This document shows, in pieces, positions 38,340 through 51,960 of a DNA stretch of 64,000 nt. Under the pieces are notes generated by a model. It had not been told where the DNA came from and ran no database searches. It was given only the letters and a program-made list of their open reading frames with translations. The position numbers and the translations under genes were made by a program. The DNA comes from Dicyema japonicum (taxonomy: Eukaryota > Animalia > Dicyemida). The stretch spans positions 685,182-749,181 of the forward strand of contig RDEW01000001.1 in NCBI GenBank assembly GCA_011109175.1, given 5' to 3'. Each line of letters starts with the position of its first letter. The stretch's first letter is position 1.

Positions 38340-38840
38340 AAGTTCAAGCTTTGGAGCATCAACTTCCTAAGGGGACGTGTATGCCTCGAAGGTCAGAAAT
38401 CAATCTCGCGTCTCCTCCCCAACGGAGTCCCTCAAGGATATCTTTTATCTTCTACTCTAATTAACCTCATTTTGGACGGTCTCCCAACACTTTAATCTGA
38501 TAATGATGCTCTACTCTCCCATGCGGATGATAATGTGTTGGCTTCGAGGATCGGGACATTCAGAAGGCCTCAGAATAGATATCCACGTCCCTTTTACCTC
38601 GGACAAAAGATTGAAAGAAAGACAGTCACCATAAAGTTAAACAAGGTCGACATCTTTTTCAAAAGATGTCAAAGAATCTTGGATGTGCCAAGTGATTGGA
38701 TCTCTGTTACACACACGTAGACGTCTCCCGAGTCTATCGCCTTGTCCATGTTCACTAGAAGAAGAACCAATACAAGTACGTCACGACCTCAACCTTCAGA
38801 CAAATTAATCACTTAGCTAACTGGTTATTTTTTCGAAACA
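38340..38840 (+). mobile_element. Decayed family A-like LINE RT fragment
   Basis: NFLRGR, LLPNGVPQG and SHADD, followed by an atcactta 3' motif near 38806. Confidence 0.7.
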
Positions 38841-38966
38841 CAAAATGCTATCAAATTGAGCTCAACGTGTATCGTTTGCATAAACAAGTCAAATTTTTAA
38901 TTTATAGGTCAAAAATTGAAGTAAATTATAAAAATTAAATTTACAGTTCTTTTTATCAAATTTACG

Positions 38967-39453
38967 CTATTTCTGCTTTCTGCTAGAGAACCAAATCCTT
39001 ATAGAATGCTCCGGTAGATTAAAGTTTTTTGCAACATTTGAATCTCTAATTTGGTCGGATAGATGTTCTTATTAAACATATACTCCGACTTCTTTTTGAT
39101 ATCTCGTTTAAAACATCTTCTTTTCTTGACATCTTGACACGGTAACAAACTGATCTTGGATTTAGAGAGGCTGTCTCTCATTATATTGACAAAATATTGA
39201 CAAAATGAGGTCTTAGGTTCTCCATTTTTAAAAAAGGCATTTTCCCAGATTCAAAACGACAAACCGTCGATTGACAAATGAGGTACTCATATTTCTCCAT
39301 TAGCGATGCGATGTCATATTGCGAATAGCCAATTTTCTGACGCTCTTTCATAAAGAAATTGGAGTAATGATTAATGTCTGACTGTGGATTTTCTACTTTA
39401 AAATTACTGTTGGCTTCAAAATTATTTGTGATCCATTTGGTTGATGGGGACAA
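38967..39453 (-). pseudogene. Divergent POU-class homeobox pseudogene (POU-specific domain + homeodomain), intronless, two frameshifts
   Basis: ERQKIGYSQYDIA and CQSTVCRFES form the POU-specific box. The homeodomain reads KKRR, FNKNIYPTKLEI and IRIWFSSRKQK*. An 11-bp tandem duplication near 39183-39206 and a 1-nt deletion near 39032 break the frame. Confidence 0.78.
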
Positions 39454-40360
39454 CTCCAGAATAAACCATTACTATCTTGTCTGGAAAAATAGTCGGTCTC
39501 TTGATACTAATAAAGTTCATCCGATTCGAAATTGCCCACAGAGTTGTAGTTCAGGAAATTATATGAATTCTCAGGGTATCTGCATAAAAGGGATCTGTAA
39601 ATTTCAAATGAGAGCAATTACATGTATAAAGTTCATCGGATTCGAAATTGCCCACAGAGTTGTAGTTCAGGAAATTATATGAATTCTCAGGGTATCTGCA
39701 TAAAAGGGATCTGTAAATTTCAAATGAGAGCAATTACAGGGATAATCGAAGTCGTATTCCACGAAGTCATTATTGGGAATCGTATAATTTTTGAAATTAT
39801 TATGTTGCCAGTTTTAATAATTGCTTATCAGAGAGCGATGCACACGTGTACGGGTATTTACACTAAAATATTCCCAACGTTACGAAACTACGTTGAAACG
39901 AAATAAACTAGTGATAGATCTTGGTTTCTCTCATCAAGTCTACGACCACTGAATACTGGGTTAATCCAGAAGCAGCATAAAAGGTTGAAAACGTCCATTC
40001 CTCACAGTCGTGGGAACCCATCCAGTGGATTGGAGGAAAGAAAATGATCATTTAAATGCCACCCTGGCAGTGTGCGCCATCTGAGACAGGCTGATCATAT
40101 AGAACCACTATATTCTAACAGGACATTGGCCTCGGGATTGTGACAAATAATTCTTATTGCTTGCTCAACGCCTGCAAGCCATAATGGAGACCTGTCATAA
40201 CAACTTTACTTAATTTTAATAATTGTTTTCACATGATTTTAAAGTTAAAATGCAATAATTTGTATATTTTATTAAAAAATTACCATAAAAAATCATGTTA
40301 GTTTCATAAATTATGTTAATATCGGAAACAGTTTATTAATTATGTTAATTCGATGAGAAA

Positions 40361-42179
40361 TTCATCTGCAGTTATTCTAGAAATAATTAATTCTTGTTTT
40401 TAAAAATAAAATTACATAGGGGAAAAGACGATTGTCCAATCCTGAACAGATGCGAAAGTAAATTTACGTGATCACTAAGTAAACGCGCCATGTGGAAATG
40501 AACTTCCCGCGCTATGGAAGGTGGTGGAATACGTTCCAGACCTTGTTGATAACAAGGCTTCTAATGGCTTTAGTTGATACCCGGTCATGGACTGCGATTG
40601 ATAGGGCTCAGTCTCGTTTTTTGTATTGTAGATATAACATTTTAACTACATTTCAATGACAGAGATATATTAACAGTTGGGATTCCAGAGTACCGAGGTA
40701 AGAATCCTTTTCTTTAATTCCCCTTGAACTTCCCGAACTTATTTTTCCCATCTAATAATAGTTACGTTATACTGGAAGTAAGACATTCCTTTGCAAATCC
40801 AGTAGACCCTCCCAACTGTTACTATATCTCAGTCAAGGAAATCATTTTATATGTATCGTTGTATGATTTATTTTAATCACTTGAAATTACCCCCACATAG
40901 AAAAGATAGCTCTTAACTCATCTTTATTCTTTCTCTCCATACGTGAGTCAGACATCTATCCTCTATGGCATTCAATGGGATGTCCTCGTAATCACCGCTT
41001 AGTTGATCCTCAGGTTGATTAGAAGGAGAGATGAACTTATAATCAGACATCTTAATTCAATGCCTTTACTCGATTACTATACTCTCTAGAGTTTTCTTTA
41101 GTTTGAGTGATTGAATTTATGTTCTCATTATTTCTATATGTCCATATACTTTTCGAAGCACTAGATAACTCCATCATAGATAAACAGTATTTATGACTAA
41201 TTATGGTATATGTCGAAAAATAGATGAANTTCATCTGCAGTTATTCTAGAAATAATTAATTCTTGTTTTTAAAAATAAAATTACATAGAGGAAAAAACGA
41301 TTGTCCAATCCTGTACAGATGCGAAAGTAAATTTACGTGATACTAAGTAAACGCGCCATGTGGAAATGAACTTCCCGCGCTATGGAAGGTGGTGGAATAC
41401 GTTCCAGACCTTGTTGATAACAAGGCTTCTAATAGCTCTAGTTGATACCCGGTCATGGACTGCGATTGATAGGGCTCAGTCTCGTTTTTTGTATTGAAGT
41501 TATAACATTCTAACACATTTCAAAGACAGAGATATATTAACAGTTAGGAGTCTAGAGTAACTTAGCGAACTTATTTTTCATATCTAATAATAGTTACGTT
41601 ATACTGGAAGTAAGATATTCCTTTGCAAATCTAGTAGACCCTCCCAACTGTTACTATATCTCAGTCAAGAAAATCATTTTATATGTATTATTGTATTGAT
41701 TTATTTTAATCACTTTAAATCACCCCCACATAGAAAAGATAGCTCTTAACTCATCTTTATTCTTTCTCTCCATACGTGAGTCCACTATGGCATTCAATGG
41801 GATGTCCTCGTAATCACCGCTTAGTTGATCCTCAGGTTTATTAGAGGGAGAGATGAACTTATAATCAGACATCTTAATTCAATGCCTTTATCCATACGTG
41901 AGTCCACTATGGCATTCAATGGGATGTCCTCGTAATCACCGCTTAGTTGATCCTCAGGTTTATTAGAAGGAGAGATGAACTTATAATCAGACATCTTAAT
42001 TCAATGCCTTTACTCGATTACTATACTCTCAAGAGTTTTCTTTAGTTTGAGTGATTGAATTTAAATTCTTATCATTTCTATAGGAATTTGTCCATTTAAT
42101 TTTTGAAGCACTAGATAACTCCATCATAGATAAACAGTATTTATGACAAAATATGGTGTCTGTTAAAAGATAGATGAAC
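40361..42179. repeat. Tandem pair of about 870-bp diverged segments joined at N41229
   Basis: 40361-41228 is similar to 41230-42179, with scattered substitutions and indels. The second copy carries an internal 122-bp duplication. Confidence 0.85.
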
Positions 42180-42599
42180 TGAGTCAGATAGGTTAGTCCG
42201 ATGCTTATGCTCAATTATCATATCTTTCAAAAAACTATATGGCCAGGTAAAATGTAATTCCGTTGAGTATTGTCCAGATCTGGAAAAGTATCAGATAAAT
42301 AGTTTCAAAGAAGAAGTAGATTTATCATCTCTGTTGTGCTCTCAAGAATAGATAGAACATAATCTCCCTTCTTGCCAATAGTATCAATATTTTTGAATAT
42401 CTTTTTACATCAGGAGGACTCCTTTCGGATCTTATCGCTTTTAAAAGGCGCATGCATGAAAACAGCCACAGAGTTTCGTTTCGAGTCAACTCTTTTTAAG
42501 CGTTGTAACTGCTTCGTGAAGGCGTAGTGGATCAGCTAATCTTTCTTACATGGAATCGATTAATGGTAACATTATTCCAATGAAAATACATCCAAGAAT

Positions 42600-43075
42600 A
42601 CAATGAGTGACCCTTAACCCCTAGCTCTCTTTCTCTCGATATATAAAGAACGTTCTGACAAAAGTCCTTCAGAAACTCAAAACCTTTTAAACTTCTGGAC
42701 CCAGCCTCACAGGAATGCGCAGCCGTCTTATACTACTAGTTCTTAGAACCGACAATAGAGTACGCCATGCCTCATGGGCTTTCGGAATTTCAAACTTCTA
42801 CAAAATAAATTCCCTAAGAAAAAATACTTAACTAGTTTCCCATTACTCGAAATTTCGGCAATCCGAAACAATAATTACGGCTTCATCACTATCTGCGACT
42901 CGGAGTCATCGCTTCTAGGAATCATCAATAGAAGCCGCCGATACACGTAAATTGAGAAAAATACTCACGCCTCTCCAGAAAGGAACGTCGTGGATTCAGA
43001 AAAGCTGTGGGTACTGTGGAGGAGCACCGACGAGCTCTCGATTCTGTTTAGCTCGACCAGGAGGAAGTCAAAACG
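42600..43075 (+). mobile_element. Decayed family A-like LINE 3' region
   Basis: Colinear with 17290-17700 (ccgac.at.gagtacgcc, cctcatggg, aaagc.gtgggtact.tggagga.cac). Confidence 0.7.
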
Positions 43076-43649
43076 ATGCTAGAAGTTCCCACCATTGTGA
43101 ATTACTTTTGTAGTTTCCTCAGCATGGTTATTTTAGTGAGTGTATTCCACGTATTACTGCTATTTTTAATTTATTGAGAACAGAATGGAACTGAAAAGTC
43201 AAAGGAAGCTTTTTGTCTCTGTATATTGAGCTTACAAACGGTCTCTGAAATCATATAAGAATTCAGATTTGAATGCAAATTATAATGAATAGGAGACAAA
43301 AGTACTTAGAGTCGTCAATCAACACGTTTTTTAGATCAATTTCACTATGGTTTAGTATCTTTTCAGGAACCTTCACCAGCTTGTTTCTATTTATTATATC
43401 AGAGCCACCCGAAAGGTATATCCCGGAATATTTATTTGCCTTCCGTATTTTTTCACAGAGCCACAGCGTCGACAGTTAACCGTCTGCATGAAATCCACTT
43501 TGGCTCGGGAGAGATATTTATCCACCTAGCCTAAATAGCCTTAGGTTTCCCAGGTTTTTCTGTTGGAACTAGTAGCACTTAGCATAGAATGCCTAAATGT
43601 AATGCATTACCATTCCATTAAAAATATTTTTCCAAAAAATATTAATTTA

Positions 43650-44290
43650 ATTTAATTTTACAATAGACTCGTACCTGAACAGTTCTGCAGTTATTCAGTA
43701 AGGTGCCGGGGATTTACCAATATTGAGTTTAGACTTACAGACAGTGTTTCTTCGATTGTTATTTGGTACTTTAGTCCTTTGGGTTATCTTTATTGGGATG
43801 TAGGAACATGTCTTGTATAGTTTTGAGATAAGGGATTCCTTCTTATGCCTATCCATGATTATGTGTCCTTCTGGGTTCTTCGAGCTTTCTGCTAGTAGTC
43901 GTAGTTGTTACTGTAGAAGTTATAGAATCTCGACTTGTTTGATCTCGTAGTCCCGATGACTTGCCTTGCTACATTTTTGATTATAGTGACTGTTTCCTTT
44001 TATCATTGTTAAAGATATGTCTTCCAGTCGTTCCTGCTTTAGTCAGGGTGATCTTATATCTTTTTTGGGTTGTTTTATCATCAACCAGAGTCTCTTCCGC
44101 CAATCTATCACATGCTCTTGTCTTCCGTATATCGGAAATTCCAAAGGCACGTTTCATACGACGTCAAGAAACTGTTGTAGGATTTCGTGTCAACTAGTAA
44201 TCTTTTTTGTACTTGTTGGTTTCTTCTTGTCCCAGTCCATGTGGCAATGTACTTTACTGAGTGTTTTTTTTATCGAAAAAAACAGTTTAA
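43650..44290 (-). mobile_element. LINE ORF2 linker region upstream of RT (decayed); paralogue at 56280-56590
   Basis: Ends with ITIEE..LNIGKSPAPY*ITAELF, the pre-RT GKSPGPDGI.AE motif. Shares KKDY..TR.PTT..WRRMKR.FGIS with 56330-56581. Confidence 0.6.
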
Positions 44291-44318
44291 ATTAAATTAA
44301 ACAATTATTCGAAAATAA

Positions 44319-44740
44319 CTAGGACGACAGAATGGCGAAGGCGTTACCTCTGATAATCACCATTTCGAGCCTCTGTCTTAACCAGAGCCTCTCCCGTTGC
44401 TCACACCATTTTGAGGCGAGTTTGCATCCAATGCTGGAGAGAAAACCGTCCGTCTTCGCTCCCACGGTTCCAGTTGTCTCCACAGCAATGAAGGTGAAAT
44501 GGTATTGGTCACCAAGGGATTCGTATTTACAGATCTTCTTGGCCTCCGCTTGGTCGGCTGCGTCTCCAGGAGAGTGCGTTGCCGTCAGCGATCTGCCCCT
44601 GAGAAGGTGTCCACACACGTTGCGTCCCAGACAAGTAATTTTCCGTGGAAGTATGGGAATAACTTCATGCTATCAGGCCTCTTCCGTCGCCTCTGTCTAA
44701 GCCCAAAGGTTCCAATTGGGCCGGAAATCCCGCGGCCTTG
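44319..44740 (-). mobile_element. CRE-clade LINE 3' fragment (RLE domain)
   Basis: KRPDSMKLFPYFHGKLLVWDATCVDT, AEAKKICKY, FIAVETTG and WLRQRLEMVIIRGNA. Confidence 0.88.
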
Positions 44741-44745
44741 AGGGC

Positions 44746-44976
44746 TCAAAATGACAAATTATCGTATCTGTGAATGTAGTAGTATTGCACGGATACAATC
44801 GGTTCACCAGGAAGATTAATTATATTTCTTCCGTGTGATCCAATATATAGGTCTCCATCAGGTGCTCTTCCAGTTCTCGCATTCCAGTCTCCAGCAATAA
44901 ATAAGAAGTGGGACGAGGAGAGTTCAGCATGTTCACTTGAGAGGGCATCATAGAACTCTTCTATGTTTCTTGCCAC
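44746..44976 (-). mobile_element. RTE APE fragment
   Basis: EEFYDAL and FIAGDWNARTG..IGSHGR. Confidence 0.7.
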
Positions 44977-45589
44977 TGTTGTTGGAATAAATCACAGATT
45001 TCAAAATTTTAATTCGATTATTGACTCTCTTATTTGCTGACATATGGTTCAATGCTATTAAGCACAGCGGAACCAAGACCATAATTCGCGGATTCGGAGG
45101 GGAAGAACATAAACGTATAGTCAATAATACTGATCATCTGCTGCTTCTTTATATTGGTTTCTTCTAGACAGAAGATTGATATTTGTAGCTTCTAGAGCTA
45201 GCTCGCATTTCTTTTGATCATCATTTAGGACACGTGTATTTAGAAAGTCAAGAGTGAAAGAAGCCTTACTGTCGTATGGTAATAGATACTTTTGTGTCGC
45301 ATAAGGGGACGTCACAACATAAACTAAATATTTCTTCTCCTGACATTCTTGGCTGAACAACGTCTGATGACATCGGAAATTCTTACCTTAGATGAGTTAA
45401 CTGCCAACCAATCTTTATTTCCAATTTCCTTAGAAAGACCGCAAAGATTAAAGGGACGTCACCACATAAACCAAATATTTCTTCTCCTGACATTCTTGGC
45501 TAAACAACGTCTGATGACATCGGAAATTCTTACCATAGATGAGTTAACTGCCAGCAAATCTTTATTTCCAACTTCCTTGGAAAGACCGC

Positions 45590-45685
45590 AAAGATCTCGA
45601 CAGCGCGTTCAGCCGTTAGAGCATGCTGAGATCACGTGATTAGTTAGTTTGTGTAACCGTGGTTTCTGGTGTTATTATTATTATA
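45590..45685 (+). mobile_element. Short I/Ingi-like LINE 3' end (subfamily also at 54235-54390 plus and 57243-57290 minus)
   Basis: gatcacgtgattagttagttt.gtgtaaccgtggt.tctg.tgttattatta is shared by three loci. Confidence 0.7.
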
Positions 45686-48363
45686 ATCGTCTGGATCAGG
45701 TAGCACACATTTCGTACTGCGTCAATCGTTTTCATTTATTGTTGTAATAATTTGATGAAGAATTAGAACTTGTTCACAATTCCTTGGTTTAAGTTTATTG
45801 TAAGTTTTTTAAAGTTCTTGAATTGGTCCCAATGCTGCATAATATTAATTTATTACTCTCTCAATAATCTTCGCTTCCCCCAGTGACGATTTTGTTAAAC
45901 TGTTTACTATTATCTCTGTAGCTTGCACAAAGTTCTCTTGAGCACTTTGCTTGTATATAATTTAGGCTTGGGAGAGGATCTGCATTGCTCTCATCTCCAA
46001 GTAATCTCCAATCGGAAGGATCTTTGATTCCCAATAAAGATGATCGATAGGGTTGATATGAGAGAATTCGAAATTCAAGAATTTTGTTACTTAGAACCCG
46101 CCTTGATGTTCGATCAAACTCCTTGATTAGGTCAATCTAGGCAAGGAATTTAATGAATTTCCTGTTCTTCCAGCCGCTTCGACACGTAAAGGATTTTTTC
46201 AAACTACTTGATTAGGACAATCAAGGGAAGGGATTTAATGAATTTCCTGCTCTTCCAGCCGCTTCGACGCGTAAAGTATATTTTCAAGTGGTTTCTTGAC
46301 TTTACGTTTGTGCTCGACAATCATACTTTCTAATGTTTTCCTTAACACTCATAGGAGACAAAAAATCACATTGAGTTTGATTGTCGACTCTACCAGTGAT
46401 TGAATGAAAGCAGTACAAAATTGTCACTTTAAAAAGTATTTTAATGGTTCTGCCATGGAAGAACTATTTTTTCGTAAAATTGAACAAAATAACCAGACAG
46501 TAATGGAATCCACATCAAGTCATTTTTCTGTTTAACTGCTATATTGGACTGGTTGAGTTCGAACTAGAAGATTATGTTGAAGTGAATCTTAGTATTAGTC
46601 GAGTATTAAGGGATAATTATGATTACATAATGTTGATAGTCATCTACCGGCTGTACATGCCAGATTTATGTAAAGTCAGGTCTACATAATGTAGTCCGTA
46701 TCCGTGAGAGCTTATTTGCTGTCTATGGTCCGGAAATTTGAGCCTAAAATAGCAACACTAGAGAGGAAGATGGTAATGAGGAGTTAAGATGAACCCACTC
46801 TCAATATGGGCCTAATTGAAAAAAAAGTATTAGTGCGAAAAAAATGCACAGTTACCAATGTAAAAGATCTTAATGGTCGCCTCTTAAACGCCTTAATAAA
46901 TTTCTCGTGAATTTAAATGCGAGCTCCGTATAACTCCAGTTTGAAAACATAACAAAGGCGTTTATGACTTTTCTACTTTTTCTGTGGCATACGGGTTGGA
47001 TAAGTAAATCAACGACGATTCAGGGGAGTCATCTGACTTTGATGAAGATACAAAGTAGAGCGAATCATTCGAGGGTAATTGGAACAACCATTAAAATATA
47101 TTACTGAGAGTTTATCCTTGCATTTAACCAACTGATGGGACTGAAATTATTGTGGAAAGTGGCGGTTAATTCTTATGGAGAGATCAGAATAAAAATTTAA
47201 GTCAGATTTGACTAATAAAGTCCACATAAAGAAAAAAATAGCAACAGTGAAACTCAAAAATGACAGATTCAAATATTTATCCTTTATATCCTATTTCATG
47301 GCAAGAAATTACTGTAAAAGAAGAGCGGAGGATATTTGAGTCTGGACGTCGATATAAGTTACCGTATTTCAAACTTTGGGTTTCAGAATTCTGTTGATTC
47401 TATTACTACCTGGAGACGTCATATTCACAAATAATAAGAACATTAAATGTGCTCGAGATATATCACTTGAGCTATTCCTATAAGCCAATCTTGCTGTTGC
47501 GATCAATTATATTTATCAATAGAAAAACATGATAATTTTGATTCTTAAATATTATAATTAAAATAATAAATTTTATTTATATAAAATTTAAAATTAAACA
47601 AATAATCAATACCGAAAATTTTCAATGTTGGGCTGTGCCAATAGAATAAATAATTCTGATGATAAATGTAAATTCTATACTAGATTAAACAATTCACCAA
47701 TGAAAAAGTTAATTTACTAATCCAACCCTATATAAGCCAAAAAGAGAAATTACTGTTAAGATGGTCGAAGAGATACAATCCCTTGAAGAAAAAAAGAATA
47801 AGATTCGTGAAAAAATTAAGTCATAGACAAGTTTGACGCGAAATTTTAATATCTTAGAACTTGATTTTATTAAAGAATTCTAGGTTTCAATGAAAAAATT
47901 CAATAACTTGTTATTACTGTAAATGAATCTATTTTTCGATAGAATTGGTCTGATGACGTCATAACAAGGATTGCTAGAAAAAAGATATTGAAGAGCATAA
48001 TTTAGTAGAATATTCAATTATTTTTAGACTCTGATCAAAAATCTTAAAAATCACAACGAATCATAAGAAGAAAGTTATTTTGAAATTCAACATATTTTGG
48101 CGGTAAATATCGACAAAATATTGAATCGACGTGGGTTCAAAAAAGTGCCCAATAGGAATAGACCATTAAAGAAGTTGGGCTCTGGCAAATGTGATAACCT
48201 GAAGGCGCTCATGAATAGAAAATTCCCATCTTTTAAAGGGAAAAATAGGAATAGACTTTTAAAGAAATTGGGCTCTGGCAAATGTGATAACCTGTAGGCG
48301 CTCATGAATAGAAAATTCCTTTCTTTTAAAGGGAAAGTTTATAGTGAAGCAAACCTATAGGAA

Positions 48364-49650
48364 ATGGATGTCTCCCTCAGTGACATCTTTGAGGAATATA
48401 TGCGGACAAATTTTCGACTACCTATGTATGGAGGAAGTCGACTGCGCATTTCAGGCCTGGTTTTGACTAAAAAAATTCTTAGTAAAAGGTTTATGCGTTA
48501 CCGGGCTAAGTCTAGGTACAAGGAAAATTGTACCTACTGCATTAGGAAGATAAATGTTCTCCAGCGTGAAATTAGAAGGGCCTTGTGGTGCTGGAGAGTG
48601 AAAGATGGAGGAACACCTATGAGAGGGTGAACCTTACATGGACGGACCAAAGGAAGCACCTGAAGATCTTGTCGTAGAGGGGAGGATTAGTTTTCGCGTA
48701 CTTTGTGTCGCTCGGATAGTTATAAAACCTGGAGACCAGAGAGAGTGATACACCAGAGGTTAGCTTAGGAATGCATAATAAAAGACACCCTCTCGGACCT
48801 TCAGATGGGATTCCGTAAGGTACGATCCAGTGCTGATTACCTCTCAGATCCGCAACCATAGGAAGATGAAAGAATGCACTGTTTCTTGATGTGGAAAGGG
48901 TGTTCGACTCGGTGTGGCATGACGACCTCCGATGCACCTTTGTCAAGGCAGGAATAACCTTGGAGTTGAGAAGTTGGTTTTCCAGCTTTTTGGAATACTA
49001 GATGAACAAAGTGAGGCATAAAGGCTGCTGATCTAGTTTTTTAGATCTTACCAGGGAGTTCCACAAGGTTCGGTGATGACCCCCACCCTTTTTAATATAT
49101 ACATTTCAACGGTACTTCACCCAGCCAATGTGAGAACAGAAATGGCTCTATATGCTGATGACATAGTACTCTGGGATCACTAGTGAAGACCAGATGTGAC
49201 GTGTTGGAGGATGCAAGACGCTGTTGATGAAATCATACGCTGGTGTGATAGAGAGGACTCAGGCATGAAAAGTACAGGTTATTAGTCTTTGGAGCCCTAA
49301 GCGGTATATTAATATATTACCTAGAGTGACCATCTATGTGATTTCTAGAGAGTCATTGGGAGGATTAGGTACCTTGGAGTGACTTTCAACTCCAAGTGTA
49401 GTTTCCAGGAGTACAATGTCCTCGTAAAGAGTTGGCCTGTAAAAAATTGGGTGCGATGAGGCCTATGCGCAACTACGGTGTACACTCATGGTATTACAGT
49501 GAGGAATGTGAAAATTGCCTCGAATGTCTGAGGAATATCCGGCGGCGTGTAATACGGTAATCTTTAGGGATGTCTTATAGAGCCCCATTAACTGGTAGAG
49601 TATACAGAGATTTCAAGGATCTACAAAATGTAATAGAGAAGATCCTCCGT
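48364..49650 (+). mobile_element. Decayed I/Jockey-group LINE RT
   Basis: ERVIHQRL, QMGFRK, LFLDVERVFDSVWHD, GVPQGSVM and ALYADDIVLW. Confidence 0.82.
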
Positions 49651-49912
49651 AACTACATAATTCAGTGATAGGACATGGCAAGGGGAAGGCGAGAAGGGTG
49701 TCCCGAAAACGCTGCCACAAGGCTACGAAATGGACACAAAGTTATCTTTCATAACTATTATTTCTATGCCTAATAAAAAGTTAAACGCTAAAAAAGTCCT
49801 TATAATCGATTGACAATTCCATGATGCTTACAGATCAAACTTTCAAAAAATAACTTTAACTGGAAAAAATTTTTTTTTAGTTCATGAAATTTTTTTAACA
49901 ATTAAACAAATG

Positions 49913-50164
49913 TCAGTTGAGGAAGCCTGCTGCGTGGATTGCGAACGAGTTCCCTCGGAGTATGGCTATTCCAATCTTTTGTCTTAGCCATAATTCTTCT
50001 CGTTGATCCCTTTTCTTTCTGGCAAGCAATCCTCCGAGTTCTTGCAAGAATTCAGCCGTCATTGGACCAACGGCTCCCGATGATTCGGTCGCAACAGGAG
50101 TAAATTGGTAGCGATCCCCGAGGCAAGAATATTTCTTGACTGGAAAATTAACTATAATTTTCAC
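49913..50164 (-). mobile_element. CRE-clade LINE 3' fragment
   Basis: KKYSCLGDRYQFTPVATESSG and WLRQKIGIAILRGNS. Confidence 0.82.
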
Positions 50165-51284
50165 TAGAGCTTATTTTTCGCTCTCATGTGAATTCTCAAC
50201 TTTAAGTAACCTGTGAGACATGATTACGACTTTAATTATAACAATATCATTGTCATCCTGTTATTCGTTGAATTTCAACTTTGTCATACTTAACCTGACT
50301 CTCTGTCATCAATGTGATGTCCACTAAAATTTCGACCTTCTGAGTAGTAATAATAGAGTTGACAGAATGTGTCTTTAATATTCATGACTTCTTGACGAAA
50401 TAAATTCTGCATAAAAACTTCATTATGCACTTTTTTGTATTCACTAATGCGACAAGTATCACTTCAATAGATCCACATACATTCTAGTACAACACGTACC
50501 TCTTCAATAGGTCCACGAACATTTAGCCTTCTTGAAATGATTACAAAACGAATCTTTAACTCAAAGAACAAGTTTCTGTCTTAAAGAAGGAATTAATACC
50601 TCACGACCTCGTTTCCATTAACCAACCAATCTACCGATCCAATAATGTCAAAATTTACTTTCAATCGAAAAACCTAGAATCCTAGTACAATTCATTATGA
50701 ATTAACGCTGTTAATATTTAATTCAGCATGACGACGTTTATATCATGCAGTCTATCTAAGCGCACTGAGTCTTGATAACGTCCACCGACGAAAGTAATCC
50801 AAAGCCTCTGTCGAAACCACCACCCCTCAATGGTTCATTTAAGTGTGTCAATAACTCTTTCTGTCGTTTCCCCTTAGGTTTCGTATGCGATGGGAGAAAA
50901 CGAAAACAGTCCAGAGTTTTGTTAATGTGAATATATCGTTTGAAGGAGTCCATATGTAAAAAACATCTAAAGTAGAAAAATTTGGGAGATATTCATAAGA
51001 GCGAGCATCTGCTTCATGTTAATAAATTCAATCCTTGAATAATTCACAGCTAATTCTAGTTTTTTCAGTGATGACAATACATTGATGGACATATTACTAG
51101 AAATAGAAAGTAGAAACATTTAAGGTTATATTTCACACGTGCAACCCCCAAAACGATTCTGTCAACAAGCCTCTTTCAACTCAGTTAACACTGAATATCA
51201 TAAATAAGGATTTAGCCATAGTGATATCAGCAGTTTACCAATTTGATTGATTAACCCCGGATACACCGAGAAAGAAGTTAAAGT

Positions 51285-51960
51285 AATATGTTGTTATGTT
51301 GTCCAATTTAGTCGTGTCCGACCCTTGGAGATCTCATGAACGAGTTTCCTCCACTCTCTCCGATTTGTTGCAATTTGGAGTACCCTTGATATAGGCATTC
51401 CCGTGACGTCTTCCACCGTGGATAGCCACCGAGTCCTTGGTCGGCCAGGTCTTCTCTTCCCAGTAATATTGTTCAGCATAATGGTTCTTTCCAGTGAATC
51501 AGAGAGGACAACATTCCCAAAGAACGCAAATCTGTGTTTTACGATTCTTCCCTCTAGCGAAATGTCAGTCTCTACCCGTTTGAGTACATTGGTGGTTGTT
51601 ACTTTGGAGGTCCAAGGGATTCTTAGTAACCTCCTCCAGCACCACAGCTCAAAAGCATTAATTCTTCGCCTATCCGCTTTTTTCAATGTCCATGATTCTG
51701 CGCCGTATAAAAAAACCGGGAACACGATTTCATTAACTAATCTGCATTTGGTTAAAGTAAACAACTAATTAAATGTATCCAGTTTCTACTTCTACAGAGT
51801 CCATCCGGAATCAACATAAAGGGTAAAAGACGTCTATTCTTTCAGTAGTGATTTGGTTAAAGTAAACAACTAATTAAATGTATCCAGTTTCTACTTCTAC
51901 AGAGTCCATCCGGAATCAACATAAAGGGTAAAAGACGTCTATTCTTTCAGTAGTGGAAAC
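51285..51960 (-). mobile_element. RTE (BovB-like) LINE 3' fragment
   Basis: VFPVFLYGAESWTLKKADRRRINAFELWCWRRLLRIPWT, GKRRPGRPRTRW and RTRLN, then an acaac-type tail. It sits against an I-like 3' UTR at 51245-51285. Confidence 0.9.

Noticed and set aside
43650-44300. Novel duplicated gene family (with 56280-56590)
   Set aside because: It runs into the pre-RT GKSP motif, so it is LINE ORF2 linker sequence.
50700-50960. hAT dimerisation-domain remnant (FDRGFGLL..IKT)
   Set aside because: Similarity is too weak, and there are no TIRs or other transposase motifs.
51245-51295. RTE sharing the I-like 3' tail (cross-clade tail swap)
   Set aside because: The RTE has its own acaac tail first. Adjacency is more simply explained by nested insertion.
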